A DNA stretch of 53,478 nt, taken from positions 88,152,861-88,206,338 of the forward strand of contig NC_068987.1 in the NCBI RefSeq assembly GCF_001194135.2. The letters run 5' to 3'. The notes beneath the pieces were generated by a model. The model had not been told where the DNA came from and ran no database searches. It was given only the letters and a program-made list of their open reading frames with translations. Shown here in pieces: positions 30,001 to 42,705 of the stretch (the first letter of the stretch is position 1; the number at the start of each line of letters is the position of its first letter). A program made the translations under genes and the position numbers. This DNA is from Octopus bimaculoides (lineage: Eukaryota).

Positions 30001-33000
30001 TGATTTTTGTAGTAAAAGGGTTAATAGCTTTGCAGGAGTCCTATTTCACTGGCGTATATTTTCTCAGAGATGAAAATTCTACCCATTTTAAATCAGATTC
30101 TTTATTACAGATTCTTATAAAAAATCAATAGTTTCAATTATTGATTTCTGTTATTTGCAATTTTTTTTTATTGATTGCTTTGTAGAGAGGTTGAACCAGT
30201 AAATTTGAATCTGTAACATTAATAGTTGTAATAATAATAATAGTGATGATAATAATAATTTCAAATTTCAACACAGTCATACATTTTTAGGGGAGTAACT
30301 TCACTCAATTTAATCTAACTGGTACTAATTTTATTAGTCCCACAATAGTAAAAAACAAAATTGATTTCAGTGAGATGTGAACTCACCATTTCATCTGACA
30401 AAACTCAATACTACAATACATTTCATTTGGATTTCTCTCTTTTCTACCACTCCAGCTGTTTGACTTCTGAAGAAAGACAATGATATATGATAATATTTAT
30501 AGTATAACATTTATGATATAACAATATTTATTGCATGATATCTATTGAATTCTAATATTTATGCTTTCTTCAGAAGCATCGTAAATGAAGTGAAATAGTT
30601 TTTATTAGGGACTGAGGATTGAAACCACATTGCAACCTTGACTAGGAAGCAGCTTACTTCAACAACATGGGAAAGTGGACATTAAAAGGATGATGATACC
30701 CGTGATGCTAAACTTGTTACATCATGTTTATTAGTACAGCTGTAAAGATTCGTTTTAATTTTTTGTTTAATTAATTGTTTTCCCAATTTTTTCCAGGTCC
30801 TAAAAGTGGCCATTTTAGCTGAGAAATATGCTGTAGATTACACCTGGTATGTGGATGTAATTCTAAACCTGATCCGAATTGCTGGAGATTATGTGAGTGA
30901 AGAGGTAAGCAAGCATGGTATCGTGTTCCTTTTTTTTTTTTTTTACCTGAAATCTAAAATGGACTTTCTGGTCACATTGGAATATTTGGTTTGACTTTTT
31001 CTTTAGTAGACTGACAGATAGATTCTTTTATTCTTTTACTTGTTTCAATCATGTTGACTGCGGTCATGCTGGAGCACTGCCTTTGGTTGAACTAATTGAT
31101 CCCAGTACTTATTCTTTGTAAGCCTAGTACTTATTCTATTGGTCTTTTTTACTGAACGGCTAAGTTACGAGGAAGCAAACATACCAACATCGGTTGTTAA
31201 GTGATGGTAGGAGACAAACACAAACATATACAGATATCATCATCATCATCATCATTTAACGTCTGTTGTCCATGGCAGCATGGGATGGATGGTTTGACCA
31301 GGCTGGTAAGCTGGAAGGCTGCACCAGACCCCAGTCTGATTTGGTATGGTTTTCTACAGCTGGATGCCCTTCTGAACACCAACTATTCTGAGAGTATAAT
31401 GGGTGCCATTTGCGTGACACCAGTCTCTGCCATGACTGTGATTTTACTTGGCTTGATGGGTTTTCTCCTCAAGTACGACATAATGCCAAAAGTCTTGGTC
31501 ATTGCCTCCCTGAGGCCCAACGCTCAAAAGAAACACAGCCATCTTGCTTCCATGAGATGACTGGCTTCTTTCAGTTTCCGTCTACCAAATCCACTCACAA
31601 GGCTTTGGTTGGCCTGAGGCTATAGTAGAAGACACTTGCCCAAGGTGCCAAGCAGTGGAACTGAACCTGGAACCATGTAGTTGGGAAGCAAGCATCTTAC
31701 CACACAGCCATGCAAGAAATGTTGGGCTAGTTGGTTTTTTTTTCCCTTCTTGAATAAACACAAGGAACTAAGGACTAGATGTGTACCCACATCTAAACCA
31801 TGCCAATGTAGAGAGTGGAACACAATGTAGTCCTTGCACCCATCAGATTCTGTCAAACCATCCAACCCATGTTAGCATGGAGCTTGAACATTAAATGGCA
31901 ATGGGGCTGGTGCCACGTAAAAAGCAATGGTGCTGGTGCCACATAAAAAGCACTGGTGATGGTTCCACGTAAAAAAGCACTGGTGCTGGTTCCACATAAA
32001 AAGCAATGGGGCTGGTTCCACATAAAAAGCAATGGGGCTGGTTCCACATAAAAAGCAATGGTGCTGGTGCCACATAAAAAGCACTGGTGATGGTTCCACG
32101 TAAAAAAGCACTGGTGCTGGTTCCACATAAANNNNNNNNNNNNNNNNNNNNNNNNNNNNNNNNNNNNNNNNNNNNNNNNNNNNNNNNNNNNNNNNNNNNN
32201 NNNNNNNNNNNNNNNNNNNNNNNNNNNNNNNNNNNNNNNNNNNNNNNNNNNNNNNNNNNNNNNNNNNNNNNNNNNNNNNNNNNNNNNNNNNNNNNNNNNN
32301 NNNNNNNNNNNNNNNNNNNNNNNNNNNNNNNNNNNNNNNNNNNNNNNNNNNNNNNNNNNNNNNNNNNNNNNNNNNNNNNNNNNNNNNNNNNNNNNNNNNN
32401 NNNNNNNNNNNNNNNNNNNNNNNNNNNNNNNNNNNNNNNNNNNNNNNNNNNNNNNNNNNNNNNNNNNNNNNNNNNNNNNNNNNNNNNNNNNNNNNNNNNN
32501 NNNNNNNNNNNNNNNNNNNNNNNNNNNNNNNNNNNNNNNNNNNNNNNNNNNNNNNNNNNGTAAAAAGCAATGGTGCTGGTGCCACATAAAAAGCACTGGT
32601 GATGGTTCCACGTAAAAAAGCACTGGTGCTGGTGCCACATAAAAAGCAATGGGGCTGGTGCTACATATAAGGCACCCAGTACACTCTGTATCATGGTTGG
32701 CATTAAGAAGGACATAAAAACTGTAGAAACCAAGCCAAAACAGACTATGGAACCTGGTTCAGCTCTGCAGTCTATCAGATCCTGGCCTTGCCAGCTCTTG
32801 ACAAACTGTCCAACCAATGCCAACCTAGAAAAAGGATGTTAAATGATGATGGTGATGATGATCATCATCATGACTATCATCATCATCATCTTCAAATTGC
32901 AAAAACTTGAAAAAGAAAAGCAGCTTTAGTATCAAAATTAGAATTTCAAGACTAAAACAAAGAAGGAAAGATTGGATGCAAGCAGTATTGTTGTTCTAAT

Positions 33001-36000
33001 TGCAATCTAGAGTTGTCAAAAAATGAAACCAATATGTTATGCAAATGTAATACATATTAAAGTAATTAGCTGTTTTAAATTCAGTAAAGGGAGATGGAAT
33101 GAATATGTCTCTCATTGATCATTAACTACAAAGATATTGGGTATTGGTTTTTACTTGTGATTGATCTTATCTTAATTCTATGTTACTTGGTCTTAATTAA
33201 GAGACTGATTAACAACACACATTCTGTATTCTTTATCTTACAGGTCTGGTATCGAGTTATCCAGATTGTCATTAACAGAGATGATGTACAAGGATATGCT
33301 GCCAAGACAGTCTTTGAAGTAAGGAATCTTTTAATTATTCTTTGTGTTTTTGATCTTTTCGTTGTTTCTGTCATTGGACTGCAGCCTTTCTAGGACCCTT
33401 TCTGGAAGTGTTTCAATCGAACAAATTGACCCCAATATTTAGGTTTTATCATTGATAAAATAAGTACCAAACTTAACGGTTTTTTTTGCTGAATCCCTAA
33501 GCTCTAAGGATGTAAACATAAACAAACCAACACCTTTCGTCAAGCAGTGAGGGAACAAACGCCAACAGAGATGCATATACACCAGGGGCAAATGTCTTCT
33601 ACTATAGCCCCAGGCCAACCAAAGCTTTGTGAATGGATTCAACTCATGGTACATATGGATTGGAGGTCACAGGATCAACAGGCATAGATTGCTTAAAGAC
33701 AGACAAAAGCCTTGTGAGTGACTTGACTGGACCAAATTAAAATATATGTATGCATATGTGTGTGTTTTTATGTACCCTCATCTTGACATCATGTGATGGT
33801 TGTAAACAAACACCAGTGTCATAGAAGTGGGGTGGTTCATTTCCAGTCTTCTGTAGAAAACATATCTGGTCGTTGGGAAATATTACCTTGCTTGGATACA
33901 GGTGAAGGTCAGCTGCAAGAAGAGATTCTGGTCACAGAATATCTGCCTCAACAAATTCTGTCTGCCCCATGCAAGCATGAAAAAGTGGACGTTAAATGAT
34001 GATGAAGCTATTGTGGGTGAGTTGAAGTCAAATAAAAGGGTAAAGGGTAAAGACCCCCTTCAGTCATAAATGACCATGGGGTTGCACCTAGAAAAGTTCC
34101 CCTCTAAGGCACAAGTCCGGGCAAGGTTGTTTATGGAAGACCAGCAGTTGTCCATGCATACCAGCCTCCCCTCTGCATGTCACTGACGTTATCCTTGGGA
34201 AAGACAAAGGGGCCGATACAGCTTGGCACCAGTGATGTTGCAACTCATTTCTACGGCTGAGTGAACTGGAGCAATGTAAAATAAAGTGTCTTGCTCAAGA
34301 ACACAACACACAGCTTGGTCCAGATATTGAACTCACTACTTCATGACTGTGAGCCTGATGCTCTAACCACTGAGCTATGCACTTTCACTGAAGTCAAATA
34401 ATTCAATTGGAAAATAACCATATCTCACCTGTGCAGGTGTAAAATTTAAACGTTTGAAAGAGATTTTGACTCGGTTATGTTAAGGTGCCATTATTGCAAA
34501 TAAAATGTTGAGTGCAGAATTGGTGACCTTGCTTTTTGTCTTTTACTTGGATTGTGGCCATGCTGGAGCACCACCTTAAAGAGGTTTAGTTGAATAAATT
34601 GACCCCAGTACTTATTTTGTATTTAGCTTGGTGCTTATTCTATCAATATCTATTGCTGAACTGCTAAGTTACAGGGATGTAAACAAACTGACAACAGTTG
34701 TCAAGTGATGGTGGGAGACAAACACAGAAACACATGCATAAATATATATACATGTATGTATAAATGATGGATTCTCTCGTCGAAGACTGCATATGAGTGT
34801 TCAGTTTTTTGCTGAATGCTCTGCACAAAGGATTTGTTTATAGGGATCAAATGCTTATGCTGTACATTAGCTCCCTCCCTTCATCAAATCAATGTTGCCT
34901 GATCAGGGGCACAAGTGTCCCATATGGGCTTCTTTCAGTTTCTTATTTCTTTATTGCCCATAAGGGGCTACACACAGAGGATACAAACAAGGACAGACAA
35001 ACGGATTGAGTCGATTATATCGACCCCAGTGCGTAACTGATACTTAATTTATTGACCCCGAAAGGATGAAAGGCAAAGTCGACCTCGGCGGAATTTGAAC
35101 TCGGGACGTAGCGGCAGACGAAATACCGTTAAGCCTTTCGCCCAGCGTGCTAATGTTTCTTATTTCTTTACTGCCCACAAGGGGCTACACACAGAGGGGA
35201 CAAACAAGGACAGACAAACGGATTAAGTCGATTATATCGACCCCAGTGCGTAACTGGTACTTAATTTATTGACCCCGAAAGGATGAAAGGCAAAGTCGAC
35301 CTCGGCGGAATTTGAACTCGGAACGTAGTGGCAAACGAAATACCATTAAGCATTTTGCCCGGCGGGCTAACGATTCTGCCAGCTCACCGCCTTCTTTCAG
35401 TTTCTGTCTACCAAATCCACTCACGAGGTTTCGGTCTTGTATGAAACCAGTCACTGGTGCAAAAAAAGGCTGTGGACCTCTTCCCTGGGTGACACCGTTT
35501 CTTCAACTTTTTCATGAATTAAAATAATGATTGTGATGTTTCTGCCATTGATAATAATGTTGAAGATTGCAAATGAAAACAACCCATTTGTTATATTTCA
35601 GTTCTGACTTACCGAACTGATGGTCTTTGATTGATTTTCTTCTCTTTCGTTGTAGGCTCTACAAGCTCCTGCCTGTCATGAAAACATGGTCAAAGTTGGA
35701 GGTTATATTCTGGGCGAGTTTGGCAACCTTATTGCTGGTGACCCAAGATCAAGGTAAACTACTTTTGCTGCCATCAGTCTCTGTTTCTCTGTTGACATTT
35801 TCAAATGAGAAGTTTTTAAGATTTTGCTAATGGACCCTCCTGTGGAGCAACCGGTTTTCTCTGCAATGAAAAATATGCCCTTTAAAATGACTTGCTTTGA
35901 AAGACCTTTTGGTTTGATCATTTGTTATTCATTATCTTTAGTTGGTTAATTTGTTGCATGCACACATGTGCGTGTAATTTTTTGTATATATATGTATATA

Positions 36001-36738
36001 TATATATATATATATAATATATATAACTCAGAGTAACAGTTTTTTTGTTATATTTCTGCTGCTTTTAAATAAAGTATATATATNNNNNNNNNNNNNNNNN
36101 NNNNNNNNNNNNNNNNNNNNNNNNNNNNNNNNNNNNNNNNNNNNNNNNNNNNNNNNNTATATATATATATATATATATATATATCTGGTGTAGCCATCTG
36201 GTTTCACCAGTCCTCAGCCAAATCATCCAACCCATGCTAGCATGGAAAGCGGATGTTAAATGACGATGATGATGCAGGTTGGCTGTGTGGTTAAGAAGCT
36301 TGCTTCTCAACCTTGCAGTCTTGGGTTCAGCACCTTGGGCAAGTGTCTTCTATTATGAACCCAGACTGACCAAAGCCTTGTGAGTGAATTTGGTTGATTG
36401 AAACTGAAAGAAGCACTGTGTGTTTATGTGTGCATACATTGTCAGTAGAAAAGATTATTATTATTATTATCATTATTATTATCATCTCATAATAGAGTGG
36501 GAAGTGTTCAATATGTTAAATCTGTGAACTAGTTTTGATTCCCATTTTTAGTTGCCTTGGTAATTCCTTTGAGAAAAGAATACCAACCTGAGAAAAAGAG
36601 AGTAAATGAAACCATCACAATCCATGTTAATGAAATGAGATGATCAGGCACAGCTGTTTAGGCGCTGGTGATTTGGCCTGGCAGACTGGATATTCAGCTT
36701 ATTTGGGCTGCAGTACTTTTTGATACTGGAGGCAAGCA

Positions 36739-36774
<36 letters not shown>

Positions 36775-37321
36775 TGGGGTCGATTTGTTCGACTAAAGGC
36801 GGTGCTCCAGCATGGCCGCAGTCCAAATGACTGAAGGAAATAAAGGAATTACCTTCTTTTTGACACTTCTGAATTGAGGTCTGATAAAGATTAAAGATTA
36901 TTATGTTTCACTTAAACACCAATCTGTATTCTTCTTTGTGATATTTTCTGTTCTAATAAAAGTGAAATTTTGAATAATATTTACATTTTCAGTCCTATTG
37001 TTCAGTTTGAGTTACTCCATTCAAAATACCACTTATGTGGAGCAGCTACCAGAGGCTTGCTACTCTCAACTTATATTAAATTTGTTAATTTGTTTCCTGA
37101 GATTAAATCATCTATTCAAGAGGTATGTATAACTATCTTGTTTATAACGCAAATCATATTTTGGAAACAGATTTTGGTGTATCATGGGTGGGTCATTATG
37201 CCATTAATAAAGACACTCACTGGTTCTACTTCATTTCTTTATTTTTAATTTGTCAGTTGGTTAACCATTTAACCAATCGATTTGATTAATCATTCAGTCA
37301 ATCACTCAATCACCTAGGTTT

Positions 37322-37357
<36 letters not shown>

Positions 37358-40300
37358 GAGAGGGAATTTCATTGATGAGGTCATGAATGGTGTGAAAAGG
37401 ACTTTAAACTGACTGAGTGATTCACTGAATGGTTAATTAATTACTTGATTAAATAGTTACTTAATTAACTAATTAAATTTTAAAAGTGCAATAAAACCCA
37501 TGTAAGTGTATGTTTATTATCAGCCTAATGACCCTCCCAACATGTAACAAAATCTGTTTCAATGCGCAATTTCACATCAAATATCTTGCAAAAAGCAAAT
37601 TTTGAATCATTTTTAACCCTTTTGATACCAACTTGCCTGAGATCAGCCCAAGTTTTATGACATAAACAGACTGTTTTAAAGTGGTCTAAATCACAATCTT
37701 CCATCAAAATGTTATGCTAAATTGTGCTAGACTCCAGCATAATAACTGGAAAGTTATTTTATTAAATTCTTCATTATTTTAAAAATTAATTGAAACAAAG
37801 GCAGCATATGGTGCCATTTTATGTGCCACTGGCACGGAAGCCAGACAGCTGCTCTGGCAATTCTGGTGGCTTGATCAAATCTTTGTAATAAAGAAGATTT
37901 GATCTTTGTAATATGGAGGATTTTATTACAGCTGTTGTGAAGTGGTGGTTGGTGGAAAATGAAAATGTCTTTCTAGGGCTGGCTGTGTATGGAATTAATG
38001 GCACTCAGAAACAATTAACAGAAGCTTTTATTTACTGTACATAGTGTTGTCTGTGTTGGTCTTTGGATGAAAAACAACAGCGTTAACTCTTTAGCATTCA
38101 GATTGGTCTGGCAAAAGCAATGCTTATTTAATCACGTTTTGAATTAATCCTGCATTATCTCATAGCTTTGAAGTTTTGATGATATGATTGTGTGTTTTTA
38201 GAATGACATTGCATGGTCTGAACATAAAACAGGTAGAATGTTCTGGCTGGATTTGGCCGGTTTAAATGCTAAACGGTTAACATGCCAAAAGAAACATATT
38301 ATTGGAATTTATGACAAACTAACCGGTCCCTACCAACCTGTGGCTGTGTTGCCACAACTGGAAAATAATCCTGATACATTCATGCTGGCAAATCTGTGCC
38401 ATGAGAATGGAGATGTCAAGCAGCTGCCACTAAAAACCCATTTTTTTTATGGGGCTCATAAGAAAGATGTAGAAAATTGTATCACATGATAGCTTGATGC
38501 TGATTGGTCAGTTAATTGCCTAATCACATGAAACAACAGTGGTCCGGTCATGGTGTCTGCTATCTGGCGATTCAGCTTTGAATCTGCTACACATCCATGT
38601 GAATAATAAGAGAATTGATAGGTACCCCCAGCTGTCATATAACATGGCAGCATGTACCATGCCATCACACTTTGTAAATGGTGCCTTTAGATGTTGATGA
38701 GGATTTCTTGACAGTAATTTGATCTGCAGAAATACCAGAGCCAAATCTCTTTCAACAAAATTCCCACCATTCTTTCAAATAGAAACCAAATCAATCCTGT
38801 CCTAAATATTGTTCTTGACGACCACAAATGGTAATCAATGCTTTGGTTACCTTTAAATCATGGATCCATTCACGAATTAAAAGTCGCTCCCCAACAATAA
38901 CAGTAATAACAGTCTGTCATAAGAGTGGTGTTAATGGTAAAGAATTATGTCTTTACTGCTCAATCAATACTTTGAGAGCCAGGATAATATTCCGTTTGCA
39001 ACATCTGCAATATGGAATAAATAGAAAAATAAATAGAAAAAAAAATTAATAAATTATGTTTTCTTGATTCAACAGTCCTTACCATTATTAACCTCAATTT
39101 TATATATGGAACATATGGCTGTGTGGTTAAGAAGCTCACTTTGCAATGATGCAGGTTCAGTCCCACTGTGCAGCACTGTGAGTGCAAGTGTATTCTACTA
39201 AGGCCCTGGGCCAACCAGTATCTTGTGAGTGAATTTGGTCGACAGAAAGTGCGTGTGTGTGGGTGGGTGTTTCTTCCTGTACCACCACTTGACAACTAGT
39301 GTTGATATATATGATCCTTTAACTTAGCAGTTTGGCAAAAGAGGCTGATAGAATAAGTACCAGACTTGGAAAAATAAGTCCTCAAGTTGATTTGTTCAAC
39401 TAAACCCTTCAAGGGAAGTGCTCCAGAATGGCCACAGTCCAATGACTGAGACGAGAAAAAGAAAATGAAATTTCATTTTCCTGATTCAAAAAACATATTT
39501 CTAAGATAATGGTTTCTTTGTGCCATTAAACCTAATTTTTATGCCTTGAACATGTTTTGATATTTTTATTTAACATATGTTGTGTGAAGAGAGTGCAATT
39601 ATGAATACACGGGGCTGAAATGGCATTCCTCCAAAGGGTCTCTGGAGTAACATTACACTGCAGGATGCCGTAGTTGAGAGATCAGGGAATCTCTCCAGGT
39701 CAAGTCACTTCTATTTCTCATTGAGAGGTCACGGCTCTGGTACAACAGATATGTGATTAGAATGTCTCTGGAAAGAATTGCAAAATGGATTCAAGCTGAA
39801 CCAACTGGCAGGAGGCCTAGGGGCAGACCAAGAATAAGATGGTTGGAAAATATCCATAGTCTCTGTTGGTCATGCTTGAGAAACCAGCTGGAAAGTATAA
39901 TGACAGTTACTTCTGATTAGACCCTGTGGAGGTATGTTAGAACTCTGTATCCCATGACCCTCCCCAGGAATAGTGAGTGGAGAAGATAGATGGATAGAAG
40001 GAAGGACTATACATTGTTTTACTAAGAAATTTTTTATGTTTTCTAAATAGAAATTTGTTTTTAATGGCAATATTTTTCAGTTTAATATTTATTGTTTTGT
40101 GTTTTTCCCCTTTTTTTTGCAGGTCCTTAAAAGTGGTAACAACTTAAAAAATCCAGATGTAGAAATCCAGCAACGTTCAATGGAATATTTACAGCTCAGT
40201 ACTGTGGCCACTGCTGATGTCTTGGTGAGAACAATTAACAATGTTTTTACATGCTTCAGAGGGGAAACTGGGTCAATAAGATTATTAAACTGGATTAAAT

Positions 40301-42662
40301 CAAACATCTTCTTTAATTCGGAGTCTTTAAATCTTATTTTTAACTTCCAAAAATTAAAGCTGTGCCGGTGGCATGTTAAAAGCACCATCCGAATGTGGCC
40401 GATGCCAGCGCTGCCTTGACTGGCTTCTGTGCTGGTGGCACGTAAAAATCACCAACCAATTGTGGTCGTTGCCAGCCCCCTTTGGCACGTAAAAAGCACC
40501 CACTACACTCTTGGAGTGGTTGGTGTTAGGAAGGGCATCCAGCTGTAGAAACACTGCCAATCAGACTGGAGCCTGGTGCAGCCTCCTAGCTTCCCAGACC
40601 CCAGTCGAAGGATCCAACCCATGCTAGCATGGAAAACACGTTAAACAATGATGATGATGATGAGTTGGTTATCATAGATCAGTATTTTATACTCTAATCT
40701 CTTAACTTGAGAACTGGCTGTCCTCATAACTTGAAAAAGACTCTGAAACATATTGCTTCTTCTGGCCGTAATCATAGCCTTTACTTTCTAACTTTTAATT
40801 GTAATTTTAAGAAAAAAGATGCAAGAATACATGAAATTGTTAATGATGTTAGAAGGGTGAAATTATTACTTTCTGGAGGATGAAGTTCAATTATGGACAT
40901 ATCTGAGAACTCATATTAACAACAGTAATAGTTTGTGATTTTCTTTTATGGGCACGAGGCCTCAGAACAAGGGGGAAGGGGTTAGTCAATTTACTTGACT
41001 ATATCAGTGCTCAACTGGTACTTATTTTATTGACTCCTAAGAGGGTGAAGGGTAAAGTAGACCTTGGTGGAATTTGAGCTCAGAATGTAATGAGATGGAA
41101 GAAATACTTGAAACATTTTGTTTGGTGTGCTAATGAGTCTGCCAGCTTGCCACTTTTTACAATGATGATAATCATCATCATCATCATCATCGTTTAACGT
41201 CCGCTTTCCATGCTAGCATGGGTTGGACGATTTGACTGGGGACTGGTGAAACCGGATGGCAACACCAGGCTCCAGTCTGATTTGGCAGAGTTTCTACAGC
41301 TGGATGCCCTTCCTAACGCCAACCACTCAGAGAGTGTAGTGGGTGCTTTTACGTGTCACCCGCACGAAAACGGCCACGCTCGAAATGGTGTCTTTTATGT
41401 GCCACCCGCACAAGCCAGTCCAGGGGCACTGGCAACNNNNNNNNNNNNNNNNNNNNNNNNNNNNNNNNNNNNNNNNNNNNNNNNNNNNNNNNNNNNNNNN
41501 NNNNNNNNNNNNNNNNNNNNNNNNNNNNNNNNNNNNNNNNNNNNNNNNNNNNNNNNNNNNNNNNNNNNNNNNNNNNNNNNNNNNNNNNNNNNNNNNNNNN
41601 NNNNNNNNNNNNNNNNNNNNNNNNNNNNNNNNNNNNNNNNNNNNNNNNNNNNNNNNNNNNNNNNNNNNNNNNNNNNNNNNNNNNNNNNNNNNCGGGTCTT
41701 CTCACGCACAGCCCATTTCCAAAGGTCTCGGTCCGTAGTCATCGCCTCGGTGAGGCCCAATGTACGAAGGTCTTGCCTCACCACCTCAGCCCAGGTCTTC
41801 CTGGGCCTACCTCTTCCACGGGTTCCCTCAACTGTTAGGGTGTGGCACTTTTTCACGCAGCTATCCTCCTCCATTCTCACCACATGTCCATACCAGCGCA
41901 ATCGTCTCTCTTGCACACCACAACTGATGCTTCTAATGTTCAGCTTTTCTCTCAAGATACTTACACTCTGACGGGTATTCACATTGACATTACACATCCA
42001 ACGGAGCATACTGGCTTCATTCCTTGCGAGCTTACGTATGTCCTCAGCAGTTACAGCCCATAAATAATAATAATAATGATGATAATTATATTTACAAATA
42101 GTCTTAACTCTTTATTTCTAATTGCTTTTCTACTTATCATATTGGTGATATGATTAGCACTGATATTCATATATTTATTAATAATTCGTTAAGTGTTAAT
42201 TTTAGTGTTCAAATTATATGCTTCATTTACAAAAAAAAAATTACTATATGTAATTAACAAGTTTAATTACACAGTTTTAAAGGGTTTACTTCTATATTTC
42301 TCATTTTAACTAAGTGTATTGTTTTATTATCAAAAAGGCTACTGTTTTGGAAGAAATGCCTCCATTCCCGGAACGTGAGTCTTCGATTTTGGCTAAACTG
42401 AAGAAAAAGAAGCCATCAAGTGTGCCCGAAACAGCAGAAATAAAGGAACATAAACATATACCTCAGGCCCAGATCAGCAACAATTTGGAACATGCTAGCT
42501 CACCTCCATCATCACAGGTCTGTTTTGAAAAATTTGCAATCTCTTCACCATTTCCGGTAATTGATATTCTTTGCAGTTGTTATAAAAATGGTGAGATAAA
42601 AGTGTTCGCTGTGAAAAGAAATCCCACACAAACTGCTTCAGATAAAAACTTCACCATAGATG

Positions 42663-42705
<43 letters not shown>

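Noticed and set aside
31853-32823. 237-310 aa ORFs
   Set aside because: Made of Ns and minisatellite units; not CRISPR, since there are no unique spacers or cas genes
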